A DNA stretch of 64,000 bases, taken from the NCBI RefSeq assembly GCF_009914755.1, contig NC_060926.1; one strand, written 5' to 3'. Position numbers and translations under genes: made by a program. Each line of letters starts with the position of its first letter. Position 1 is the stretch's first letter. Below the pieces are notes generated by a model that searched no databases, had not been told where the DNA came from, and was given only the letters and a program-made list of their open reading frames with translations. Positions 17,204-41,389 of this stretch are shown here, piece by piece. Origin of the DNA: the human T2T-CHM13v2.0 reference genome, Homo sapiens.

Positions 17204-17780
17204 CACATAGTCTAATGGACTTTCCTGCAGATTAAGTGCATGTGCTTCCTCCTTGGGCCCTGCTGATGCTACCAGTTTCAGGGCCCATCTCTTTGGTTCT
17301 CTAAGGTAAAAAATGAACCTGGAAATTAGCAATGTTTCACTATTAACAGCGCTAACAATGAGAAAGAAAAGAGACAGGAGCCAGCCTGGCACCCAGAGCC
17401 AGGCTGTAGTGTTCTGCTGTTGAACACTGATGCTCAGGGAACATCAACAGAAGACAAGGCCCCTTTGAGAGTGACAAAGAACAAGACTGTTCATTCCGTC
17501 ATCATTTCACAACACAGACCAAACAAGAACATTGCCCAAACCACAAAAATGAACAAAAGTCCCTGTTTCTGTCTCATAGGAGTGAGTGGTGCTTCTTTTT
17601 CAATTACAGCTTTAGCCTCAGTTTGTTCTTCTAGATAAGAAATATTAAGATTCCAGCTGAGCCGGGCACGGTGACTCACGCCTGTAATCCCAGCACTTTG
17701 GGAGGCCGAGGTGGGTGGATCACCTGAGGCTGGGAGTTCCAGACCAGCCTGACCAACATGGAGAAATCCCATCTCTACTA

Positions 17781-17939
<159 letters not shown>

Positions 17940-18696
17940 TCAAAAAAAAAAAAAAAAAAAAAAAGAAAAAAGAAAAAGATTCCAGCTGAGCACAGTGACT
18001 CATGCCTGTAGTCTCAGCTACTTGGGAGGCCGTGGTGGGAGGATCACTTGAGCCTGGCAGGTAGAGGCTGCAGTGAGCTGTGACAGCCTGAGTGACAGAG
18101 TAAGACTCTGTCTCTTAAAAATAAAAAAAAATTATTAAAAAATAAATAAATATTAATTCTCAATAGAGCCAGGTAATGGTTTACACCTGTAATCCCAGCT
18201 ACTGGGAAGACTGGGGTGGGAGGATTGCTAGAGACCAGGAGTTCAAGACCAGCCTGGGTAACATAGTGAGACCCTGTCTCTATAAAAACAAAAAACATAA
18301 GATCACGCCACTGCACTCCAGCCTGGGTGACAGAGCGAGACTTGTCTCAAACAAACAAACAAACAAAACCCTGTAGTCTCAGCTACTTGGGAGAAGAAGG
18401 GAGGAGAATTGCTTGAGCCCAGGAGTTCAAGGCTGTAGTGAGCTGTGATTGCACCACTGCATTATAGCCTGATCTCACTCTGTCACCCAGGCTGGAGTGC
18501 AGTAGCACAATCTAGGCTCACTGCAACCTCTGCCTCCCAGGCTCAAGGGATCCTCCCACCTCAGCCTCCCAAGCAGCTGGGAACACAGGCGTGTGCCATC
18601 ACACCCAGCTAATATTTTTTTTTTTTTTTTTTTTTAAGTAGAGATAGGGTTTCGTCATGTTGCCCAGGCCGGTCTTGAACTCCTGAGCTCAAGTGA

Positions 18697-18789
<93 letters not shown>

Positions 18790-19847
18790 TGACAGTATCT
18801 AATCCAGAGCAAAGCCTGTTTCTTTGATCACTCCTCAAAATCACATAACAGAAGCCCAAATTCTTAATAAATTCATAGTATGCAGTTCTGCAAGTTTTGA
18901 GATACAATGTTTAATGCAAAGGGGAGGATCCCACTGGAATTACAGGAACCACAGCAGGGCTATTGGGAAGCTTTCTGTGTCTCTCAGATCTCAAACCTTT
19001 GTAGAAACCTGTTTGTGCTTAAAATGTGGGTGAGGAGTACTCATGAACTAGACTTATATATTTTGGATCAACACAAACTCCAATTAGGAATATGATATTT
19101 TCTGCCCCCCTCCCACTCCCACACTCCAGATTATCCTGAGAGAGTAATATGTTTAGTTGTATTGCACTAAGGAGAAAAAAAAAATGAAACTGCTCCAAGA
19201 ATTATTAGTAGAGCAATGTCTGCCAATAATGATTGCTTCAATAATGGAGCCCAAAATAGAATGGACAAAAAATAAAGCTGTTGAGACGTCTACAGGTTTG
19301 GTTTCAGCAAGTGTCTGCCACTATTTAGAAGACATAAAAATAAACTTCGCAATGAGCAAGTAGTGTTTTATTTCTGTAGGGGAAGTATTTATCATTTAAC
19401 CCATTTCCTTTCCTTTATTAAACACAAAGGCTGGACCCAGTGGCTCATATCTGTAATCCCAGCACTCTGGGAGGCTGAGGCAGAAGGATTGCCTGAGCCC
19501 AGGAGTTTGAGACCAGCCTAGGCAACATGGCAAGACCTCATCTCAAAAAATATATAAAATAAAATAAATTTTTAAAAAAGCAACAGGAAGCGTCTTACTC
19601 TTTTGGAAGATAACAGCGTAGAGTATAAAAATACATCTGAGCTTTGTGTACATGTGAAGCTATTTGGTCCATTGTAGCTAAAAGTTTGAATTTTGGGCTA
19701 ATGTTTTGTTTATTTATAGGGTCGTGCACTATCGCCCAGACTAGAGTGCAGTGGCATGATCATAGCTCACTGCAGCCTCCAACTTCTGGGCTCAAACAAT
19801 CCTCCTGGTTCAGCCTCCTGAGTAGCTAAGACTACAGGTGTGGGTGA

Positions 19848-20126
<279 letters not shown>

Positions 20127-21336
20127 TAGTGCTGGGATTACAGGCATGAACCACCAAGCCCAACCTGATTTTTTAATTTTAATTTTTCTTTTCTTTTGCA
20201 GAGGTGGGGGGGGTGGGGGGGCGGTTCTCACTGTGCTGCTCAGGCTGGTCTCGAACTCCTGGCCTCAAGTGATCCTCCCAGCTTGGCCTCCTAATGTGCT
20301 GGGATTACAGACATGCGCCACCATTCCTGGCCAGGCTAATGTTTTAAATGTAAAATAAGAGTATTGATAATCCAGACGTTGTGTTGCATTTTATTCTTCT
20401 GTGCCCATGGTCATTTCAGAAGGAACTTACGGTTCCTTGAAGCAGAAAGTAAATTTGCATTTCATAGTGAGTTGGAGATGAGAGCAAGCTGGGAACCCAC
20501 AGCAGGGAGCGCTGTCTCCTTCTTCCCATCTTATTTTCTCAGGAACTTGGTGGATCAGGAAGAAGCCTCAGACTGGAGCCCATGGTAATTTTCCATTCTC
20601 CTGGAGACAGTATTCCTTGTTGCTATGCCTCTATAATGCCCCATATCTGCCTACGAGCAGAAGGAAATAATTATTTTCTTCTCTATGGCAGTGTTTTGGT
20701 TTTCATTCCTTACTGAGCTATTGTTAAGTCATGGAATTGTCAGGGGAAATCATTTTAATCTCTTTAGGGGTGTTTTACAAGCCCCTGAAGGTGATTCAAG
20801 TACATCCAGGTAATATTTCACTACTAAATTAGAGGATGAATGAGCTGTTAGAAAAACTCATTTGCTGTGTAACTTGACTGTCTCTATCTCTAGAGGTGGC
20901 CCCCAGCTGAATGCCTGGCTGACAGGCACGGCCTCCTCCCGGCTGGCTCCCCTCCTGCTGCCTTGGAAACAGCTGCAGCCCCCATTTTTGCTCTCCCCTG
21001 GCTCACTCCTAATCCCTGCTGCTGTCTTAACTGCTAACTGACTAGAGCTCTGGAAAACCACAGTGGGAGGGTTTGCAATTAAAGATATCAGAAAAACTTG
21101 TGAGAATCAAAGAGCTGCAGTATTGTGGTGGGATTATAGGCAGGGAGGCTGATGTTCTGCGGCAGGAGTAGGTAGCAAGGTAGATTGCTCCAAGGATCTT
21201 CACTTTGCTTTACCTGCTTCCAACCTGAAGAGCTTTCAGATTTTTTTTTAACTTTTATTTTTTGTCTATTCATTTTTTTTTTTTTTTTGGACACAGTGTC
21301 TCACTCTGTTGCCCAGGCTGGGGTGTAGTGGTGTGA

Positions 21337-21768
<432 letters not shown>

Positions 21769-21858
21769 TAAAGTGCTGGGATTACAGGCGTGAGCCATCA
21801 TGCCCAGCCTGCCTGGCTACTTATTTTATTCTTTTTTTTTTTTTTTTTTTTTTTTTGA

Positions 21859-22042
<184 letters not shown>

Positions 22043-22078
22043 TGACCAGGCTGGTCTCGAACTCCTGACCTCAAGTGA

Positions 22079-22425
<347 letters not shown>

Positions 22426-23285
22426 TAGGCGTGAGCCACCGCACCTGGCCTAATACACATTTTTTAATAGAGACAGGATCTCCTATGTTTCCCAGGCTGT
22501 TCTTAAACTCCTGGGCTCAAGTAATCCTCCTACCTTCACCCCACAAAGTGGTGGGATTACAGGTGTGAGCCACTGCACCTGGCCTTCTGAAGCGCTTTTA
22601 AACTTGCAGGTTTTCTACTTTCCTACCTTCCAGAAACTCCTCCTACCCATGGAATCTGCCAGCAGTTGGATTCTTGACTATCTTTAGGACTTTTCCTAAT
22701 CTCACCTTCTCCATCTGTGAAATGGAAATAATCAAAGGGTAAGCTGACTTGCAGTCCTGGTCGGGCCACTAATTGGAAAGGGTGAAGGGAGCCAAGATAT
22801 TTCCAAAAGGTGGAAAAAGCCTTTTTTTTGGTAAGACAGAGTCACCCAGGCTAGAGTGCAGTGGCGCAATCTCGGCTCATTGTAACCCTCTGCCTCCTGG
22901 GTTCAAGTGATTCTAATGCCTCAGCATCCCAAGCAGTTGGAATTACAGGCGTACACCACCATGCCCAGCTAATTTTTGTATTTTAGTAGAGATGGGGTTT
23001 CACCATGTTGGCCAGGCTGGTCTCAAATTCCTGACCTCAAGCAATCCGCCCACCAAGGCCTCCCAAAGTGCTGGCATTACAGGTGTGAGCCACTGCGCCC
23101 AGCCAAAAAAGACTCGTTATAAAACTTTTTCCTTGAGAACCCAGAATTGAACAGTATGCTCTTGGAAATAATTATTAATGTATTCTGTTTTCTCAGAGCA
23201 ATATGACAGAATCCCTGCTTTATTACCCTGACCCAATCAAAGCTCACAGATCAGAAGAACTGGGAAGAAACTCAAAGACCATTTA

Positions 23286-23472
23286 ATTAGGGGCTCTCAA
23301 TTCGGTTGCTCATTATAATCACTTACTGAGGTTTTTAAAAAACACCTTGCCCGAGCCTCAACCTAAGACCAGTTATTAATACATCAGAGTCTCTGGAGGG
23401 GGCCGGAGGCTACTTTTGCTAAAGCTCTCTAGGTGACTTCCGTGTCCACCCAGGGCCAAGCGCCATGGTTCT
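23286..23472. mobile_element. MER5 (hAT-Charlie) MITE
   Basis: GGCTCTCAA...ATTATAATCAC...TCAGAGTCTCTGG..GGG...AGGTGACT pattern typical of MER5A/B. Confidence 0.6.
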
Positions 23473-24197
23473 GGTCCAACAATCTCTAAACAAGGATAAA
23501 ATAACCTGGGAAGGTTACATGAGTCAAACCAAAGTCTCATAGCAAGCCAGGTACCATGGCTCGCGTCTGTAATCCCAGCACTTTGGGAGGCTGAGGAGGG
23601 AGGATTGCTTGAGCCCAAGAGTTCAAGACCAGCCTGGGCAACATAGTGAGACCCTGTCTCTATAAAAAGTTTAAAAAAAAAGAAAGTAAGAAAATTAGCT
23701 GAGCATGGTGGTGTGCACTTTGGGAGGCTGAGGAGGGAGGATTGCTTGAGCCCAAGAGTTCAAGACCAGCCTGGGCAACATAGTGGGACCCTGTCTCTAC
23801 AAAAAGTGAAAAAAAAAGAAAGAAAGAAAGCAAAATTAGCTGAGTGTGGTGGTGCACACCTGTAGTCCCAGCTACTCACAAGGCTCAGGTGGGAGAACTG
23901 CTCTAGAGACTGAAAGTCTTTTCCCCTTGTCTTGTTGCTTCTCTAAAAATTTATCGTTCTTTGTTGAAGATGTTATATAAGCTGGAATTGAAAGCCACCT
24001 CTCGGCATGGTGGCTCAAACCTATAATCCCAGCACTTTTGGAGGCCAAGGCAGGCAGATCACCTGAGGTCAGGAGTTTGAGACCAGCCTAGCCAACATGG
24101 TGAACTGGACTCCTGCCTGGGTGACAGAAGGAGACCCCATCTCAAAACGACAACAATAAAAGTCTTGTAGCAATAGGAGAGTATGGCTTGTGGCAGC

Positions 24198-25264
<1,067 letters not shown>

Positions 25265-25470
25265 CAGCCAAATGGAGGCAGAGGTCACAGAGGAACTAGA
25301 AGGATGGAAAACTGCAGGAGAGTCTCGTTGCCATCACTCAGTCAATCAACCAGTTTTGGATACCTGCCATGTGCCAAGCCCTGACTGCAGTAAAAAGGAT
25401 ACCAAAATAAATTACTTACTGCTCTCAAAAAGCAAACCGTTTGCTGGCAGACTTGATCATATACCAATGA

Positions 25471-25872
<402 letters not shown>

Positions 25873-25880
25873 TAGTGTAA

Positions 25881-26063
<183 letters not shown>

Positions 26064-26216
26064 TAGTAGAGACAGGGTTTCGCTGTGTTGGCCAGGCTGG
26101 TCTGGAACTCCGACCTGAGATGATCCACCTGCCTCGACCTCCCAAAGTGCTAGGATTACAGGCATGAGCCATCACGCCCAGACCAGAAATTTCTTAAATA
26201 AACACTAGCTTATATT

Positions 26217-27464
<1,248 letters not shown>

Positions 27465-27728
27465 TGTTTACTTGATGCAATATTTTGGAGCCATTAAGCT
27501 CAGTTGTCCAAAGAGATTTTAATATCACAAGGAAATGCCCTCACTGTAAGTAGAGAAATCAGATATGAAATTGTACATAAGCTATGATCCTAAGTTAGAT
27601 GCACAGACAAAAAGGCTAAAACACACCAAAATGTTAACAGGTACTGGGAACAGGGTACTTGAGTTGTTGAGAATGGGATGCTTCATTTTCACTTCTTCCT
27701 TCCTTTTCTGTTTTTCAATTGTTATTAT

Positions 27729-28174
27729 TGTATTAGTCAGCGTTCTCTAGAGGGACAGAACTAATAGGACATATATATACATATATGTATAGGAGTTTAT
27801 TAAGTATTAACTTACATGATCACAAGATCCCATAATAGGCTGTCTGCAAGTTGAGGAGCAAGGATAGCTACGCCAAGCCCCGAAACTGAAGCCCCACATT
27901 GGAGTCCAATGTTCAAGGACAGGAAGCATCCAGCAGGGGAGAAAGATGTAGGCTGGGAGGCTAGGCCAGTTTCTCCTCTTCATGTTTTTCTGCCTGTTTT
28001 ATATTCACTGGCAACTGATTAGATTGTGCCCACCAGATTAAGGGTGAGTCTGCCTTCCCCAGCCTACTGACTCAAATGTTAATCTCTTTTGGCAACACCC
28101 TCACAGACACACCCAGGATCAATACTTTGTATCCTTCAATCCAATCAAGTTGACACTCAGTATTAACCATCACA
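27729..28174 (-). mobile_element. MLT2A (HERV-L) solo LTR
   Basis: TGTATTAGTCAG.GTTCTCTAGAGGGACAGAACTAATAGGA...TATTAACCATCACA; perfect 5-bp TSD ATTAT. Confidence 0.9.
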
Positions 28175-28682
28175 ATTATTATTACCTTTTTTTCTTGTGT
28201 TAGGGTCTCATTCTGTAGCTTAGGCTGGAGTGCAGTGGTGAGAACATGGCTCACTGCAGCCTCGGACTGCTGTGCTCAAGTGATTCTCCCACCTAAGTTT
28301 TCAAGTATCTGGGACCACAGGTGCATGCCACCACACTTGGCTAATTTTTAAAAATTTTTTTTGTAGAGACAGGGTCTCTCTCTGTTGCCTAGGCTGGTCT
28401 TGAACTCCTGGGCTCCAGCAACCCACCTACCTCAGCCTCCCAGAGTGCTGGGATTACAGGCGTGAGCCACTGCATCCAGCCAGTTTAATTTTTTTTAGAG
28501 ATGGGGACACGGGTTTTGTGAAGGGTCTGCTAATGGGCTATCTGGAAAGTCAGAACACAGGTCTCTTGTTTTTGAGTCTTGATCTGGGTAGGTCTGCAGT
28601 CTGCATGCCTGGGCCGGCCTGAGGAATAGAGGGGAGGCTGTGGTGAGTGGGGAGGTGCCTATTCTGGGAGGGCTGGGCTTCA

Positions 28683-29240
<558 letters not shown>

Positions 29241-29274
29241 TTAAGGTGGGCATTTCAACGCACAGACTTCATTA

Positions 29275-29655
<381 letters not shown>

Positions 29656-29744
29656 CTACAGCCTGGGCAATAGAGCGAGACTCCGTCTCAAAAACAAAAA
29701 CAAAACCAAAAACACAAATAATCGAACACTTTGATGTTCATGTA

Positions 29745-29950
29745 AATCAGGATTTTTCCATCTCAGCCCTTTTGATATTTGGGGCTAAATAATTCTTTGT
29801 GGGGGTGGGGGGTGCTCTCCTGTGCATTGCAGAATCTTTAACAGCATCCCTGGACTCTACTCAGTAGATGTGGGTAGCACCACCAGCACCATCCCAGTCT
29901 GACAACCTCAGATGTCTCCAAATGTCCCGGGAGAGGGGGGTGCATTTAGA
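29745..29950. mobile_element. MER20 (hAT-Charlie) element
   Basis: TTTTGGGGCTAAATAATTCTTTGT...AGCATCCCTGGACTCTAC..GTAGATG motif. Confidence 0.7.
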
Positions 29951-30551
29951 TTTTAATGTCTTTCAGGAAGTTCCTGGAATGAATAAAGTCATTTGCAACT
30001 TTTATCGTTCTTGCCAAGAGTTTCCTATAATAGTAAAATCACATTGATAAAAACAGTGGAAGAGTAAAGTAATGTTGATACAGACTACAAGCCTGGTTGG
30101 GGAAGATGGTTTAGGCTCGCACTCACACCCTCGGCTCAGCCTGCTGCCTTGCGTCTCCCAGTCCTGTGGGGTTTGGACTTCTGTCTCCTAGTCTCCTATT
30201 CATGGTCAGCTTTGTCCTAGAAGAGATTACATCTCTAAAGTCCACAACCAGGCTGGGCACCGGTGGCTCACGTCTGTAATCCCAGCATTTTGGGAGGCCG
30301 AGGCTGGCGGATCACTCGAGGTCAGGAGTTTGAGACCAGCCTGGCCAACATGGCAAAACCCTGCCTCTGTTAAAATACAAAAATTAGCCAGACACAGTGG
30401 TGTGTGCCTGTGTGTGCCCCAGCTACTTGGGAGGATGAGGCAGGAGAGTCGCCCGAACTTCTGAACTGCAAAGGCAGTTTCAGAAGTTATCCTAACCCAT
30501 TTCTGTGCTGAAGCTCAGAAAAAAGGAGGACCACTCCTGCCACTCAGTGAA

Positions 30552-32660
<2,109 letters not shown>

Positions 32661-33015
32661 GTGAGGCTGGAATCCCAATGCAAAGGTCTGATTCCAAAAT
32701 AGGGTCGCCAAATTTAGCAAAACTATTGCGCTGGACATAAGCTAAAAAAAAGTATACCTTTCCACAAAAGATGGTGGCCTAGGGAAAAAAATACTATTTG
32801 TTTATCTGAAATTCAAATTTAAGTACATGTCTCTTTTCAATACTCCTTCTCTGACCTTGCGTGGTGCTTGCCTTTGGGATTAGGGCGAGGGGTGTGGGGG
32901 TGCCGGCCACTGAACTGGAAGACCAGGGGCCAGACCCTGGAGCCCAGGGACAGTGGGAAGATGAAAGAGGGGCTGCAAAGCCCAGTCGCGCGAGCTTGTT
33001 CCGGCGCCTGGTCAA

Positions 33016-33048
33016 GAGTGCCCTCTGGTGGCCACACGGCGCCCTGCA
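33016..33048 (-). promoter_or_regulatory. CTCF binding site (core plus upstream module) in a small CpG-rich patch
   Basis: Minus strand TGCAG-N12-CCACCAGAGGGCAC; core TGGCCACCAGAGGGCACTC closely matches the CTCF consensus; local CpG retention 32985-33165. Confidence 0.8.
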
Positions 33049-33702
33049 CCCGCAACCAGCGCAGCCCAAGCAGTGGGGACCCGGCCTCTGAGGCGGACAC
33101 CTGTTCTTGGTTCTGACCTCTACTAAGAGCACAAGTCCGCCCCGGGACTGTAGAGAAGGAAGCCGGGAGGACAGGACAAGTTCAGAGCCACCTGGGATAG
33201 ACTTTTCAAACCAGTTGTCTTAACTGGAGGCTCTGATCCGCTCCCTGCCAAGGGTCAGCCACTGTCTTGCCGGGGCGGCTGATCTGCAAGATCCTCATAC
33301 CCCTGAATTTTCAAGGCCCGAAGGAGCAAACGGCTGATATCTGCTCTTCCTCAAACCTCTCGCTGCCCACCACCCTCCTGGCCCCTCTGCTCACTTCCAG
33401 GGTGTGGGAAGTCAAATCAAAACTGAGGGCAAGCCGCCGCAGTGGCACGTGCCTGTAGTCCCAGCCACACAGGAAGGAGTGGGAAAGAGGTGGGAATCGC
33501 TTGACCCCAGGACTTCCAGACTGCCCAGCGCTGTGATCAGGCCTGTGAACAGCTACTGTACTCCAGCCTGGGCAAAGCAGCAGGACCCTGTTTCTAAACA
33601 GGTGAATAAGTGAATTAATACAATTAAGAAAGAAAAAACGGCCAGGCGAGGTGGCTCACACCTGTAATCCCAGCACTTTGGGAAGCCTAGGTGGGCAGAT
33701 CA

Positions 33703-33978
<276 letters not shown>

Positions 33979-34150
33979 TCATTATTAAAACCAGCCAGCG
34001 TGAGTCCCTTTCTGGGGTGGAAGACTGGTGTGAATTGGGTTGATCATACAGGGTCCACATGTACCCCTTCTGGGACACATTCCTTCCCCAGACTTTCACT
34101 GTGCCCCCCTGTGCCCCAGGATATTTCAAATTCTGAAGGTGTGAAGGTTG

Positions 34151-35325
<1,175 letters not shown>

Positions 35326-36029
35326 GTGGCAAACATGATCCACATGGGCCCTGTTTTCTTGGGGCTGTTGAGGAGACAGGGGTGGACATAAATCGTCACA
35401 CAGGGCCGGGCACGGTGGCTCATGCCCGTAATCCTGGCACTTTGGGAGGCCGAGGTGGGCAGATTGCGTAAGCTCAGGAGTTCAAGACCAGCTTTGGGCA
35501 ACATGGCAAAAACCCATCTCTACAAAAAATACAAAAATTAGTTCGGCATGGTGACGGGTCCCTGTAATTCCAGCTGCTCAGGAGGCTGAGGAAGAATTGC
35601 TTGAAACTGGGAGGCAGAGGTTGCAGTGAGCCAAGATCGCACCACTGCATTCCACTGGGTGACAAAGTGAGACCCTGTCTCAAATCAAAAACAAAAACAG
35701 TTACACAGCACAGAGTGCCAAAGAGGCATGTCCCACCTCCCACCCCAGGGCCTAAGGAAACCCACCTGCTGGCCCTTTCCTCTGAGAACTGCAGAGCCCA
35801 GAATCCTGTGGGATGCGCAGGCAGTCTTCCCAAGGGCCCTCCTGTATCAGCCGGCTTTTCACACTCTTTGTCTGTGTACTTGGTGCTAGACGCCTCACTG
35901 CCCATGCCAGCTTGGTTAGAACTCACCCTGCAGTCTCTGTGTATGGCCCAGGGCCCTGTAGAACTCTGAAGGCCCCACACGTGGTCCCTAGGATGCTCAC
36001 CTCCCTTCTGCCCTCCCATATCCACTCAC

Positions 36030-36689
<660 letters not shown>

Positions 36690-36727
36690 TAGTGGCCTAA
36701 AATAATAATATTTATTGTTGTGCATAA

Positions 36728-36925
<198 letters not shown>

Positions 36926-38059
36926 TGACTAATTTTTTGTTTTTGTTTTTTTGATACAGAGTCTCATTCTGTCACCCAGGCTGGAGTGCAGTGGTGCAAT
37001 CTCAGCTCACTGCAACCTCCGCCTCCAAGGTTCAGGCGATTCTGGTAATTTTTGTATTTTTTAGTAGAGACGGGGTTTTGCCATGTTGGCCAGGCTGGTC
37101 TGGAACTCCTGGCCTCAAGTGATCCTCCTTCTTCAGCTTCCCAAAGTGCTGGGATCACAGGTGTGAGCTACCACACCCAGCTGTCAGGTTTCTTATTTAT
37201 GTGTCTCAGCTGCAGGTCAGGCAGATGGCTCTGCTGATCTTGGTTGGGCTCCTTCACACATCTGAGGGTCAGCTACTCTGGATGTGCTCTGCTAGGCTGA
37301 CTCAGATCTCCTCCACATTCCTCTCCCATTCCTCATCCTTCCAGCAGACTAGCTGGTGTGCTCTCATGACAGTGGCAGGAGGCCAAGAAAAAACAAGCCC
37401 AATTGTGTGGGAAGGCAAGAGGAAGCTCCCATGTGCTTTTCAAACCTCTGCTAACATCTTATTGGCCAAAGCAAGTCACATGGTGAGCCAGAGACAAAGT
37501 GGGAGGGACTTACAAAATTACAGGAAGAAAGAAGGCTATTGAATTGGGGGCCATTAAGGCGATGAGCTTGCCATAAGGGCTAAATATACACAGGCATTGT
37601 TCTTGAGTGTTGAGTGTACAGTGGTAAACAAGCCTTTAACACCTGAAGTGCAGTGGAGAAGAGCAATACATAAATAACTAAGCAAAATTAGGAAGTTGAT
37701 TCCATGAACTTGTGGACCAAGTGATTGGTGCACAGATGAGAGTAACAAGTGAGGCTGGGCCGGGTAGCTCACGCCTGTATTCCCAGCACTTTGGGAGGCC
37801 AAGGCGGTGGATCACATGAGGTCAGGATTTGCAGACCAGCCTGGCCAACATGGTGAAACCCCGTCTCTACTACAAATAGAAAAATTAGCTGGGCATAGTG
37901 GTGGGTGCCTGTAATCCCAGCTACTAGGGAGGCTTAGGCAGGAGAATCACTTTAACCCAGGAGGCGGAGGTTGCAGTGAGCCAAGATTGTGCCACTGCAC
38001 TCCAGCCTGGTCGACAGAGTGAGACTGTGCCTCAAAAAAAAAAAAAAAAAAAAAAAAAG

Positions 38060-39622
<1,563 letters not shown>

Positions 39623-39860
39623 CTACCTTCCCCGTCCATGTCATTTGACGTTGGGTCTTGCAAAGAAGGAAACTAGTTGGGTGGGGCAGAATTCATGACA
39701 TAATGGATTGGTGGGGGTAGTCCAGCAAGGTAAGGGCTTGAAAACGTCTTGATGAGCTGTTAGTCTTGATAGGTAAACTGTTTAGTTAGTTTACAAACTT
39801 CTCTTTCAGGAGCAGATATTTCCTGGAGCAAGCAGGCAAATTATTTTTGTTTGGTCTTAA

Positions 39861-40242
<382 letters not shown>

Positions 40243-40289
40243 TAACTAAGTGTTCTCAGGCAAGAATCTTTCCTTCAGGCAAGCACCCT

Positions 40290-40510
40290 TTAATAATAAA
40301 AATAATGATTATACAGTGCTTACTCTATGTCCAACAGCTCTGAGCACTTTATGGGCATTATCTCATTTAATTCACACAACAACTCCGTGAGATGAGTACT
40401 ATTATGTGCCCAATGTCATAGATGTGCCTAAGCACAGACAGGTTAAGTAATCCACTCAAGGTCACACAACTAGTAAGTGGGAAATCTGGGCCCCTACATC
40501 CAAACTCTGA
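40290..40510 (-). mobile_element. MIR SINE
   Basis: ATCTCATTTAATTCACACAACAAC..GTGAG...GGTTAAGTAA..CAAGGTCACACAACTAGTAAGTGG core. Confidence 0.75.
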
Positions 40511-41125
40511 ATCCCTCCCTCCCTCACTTAGCTGCTTAACTTCTCATTTTCTCCTTATATTGAAGGGGTTGGCCCAGAGGATAAGGGATGTTGGGGAAAA
40601 GCTTTTCCTCTATCCTCTTAAGTTCAAGTACTGGATATTTGCAAATTGAAGTGACAAAAGACAGATTTGCAAATTTGTTTATGCATGCAATGCCCATATG
40701 CACAGGAGTGCTCTGTGATGCACAGCTCAAAGGGCTGGTTAAAATTTGTGGCTTATACACTGTAGTAGGAGAAGTTGAAGGGGCAAGACAAGGCTCCTAT
40801 GGGAAGAATGCATAGGTTTCTTTATGAAACACAAGTGAGTTTTTAGGAAAACAAACTGGAGATAAAGTTTGTGATAACATTTGCTTATGCAGGGGCCTGT
40901 GGTCTTTCTATTATATCTTCATAGCCATGAAACTCCCCTGGAGAGGGAATCTGAAGTAGGTTTACTCTTGGTCTCTTTCCTGGTAGCTTCTGGAAGAAGA
41001 AATACATAGCAGTCTTCATTTCTCAAAGGTTTCTGCTTTTCTTATAAAAATTAGCCTGCACTTGGCTGGGCATGGTGAATCACTCCTGTAATCCCAGCAC
41101 TTGGCAGGCCGAGGCAGGTGGATCA

Positions 41126-41389
<264 letters not shown>

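Noticed and set aside
19157-19363. 68-aa non-Alu ORF
   Set aside because: No recognisable homology, splice context or pseudogene hallmarks
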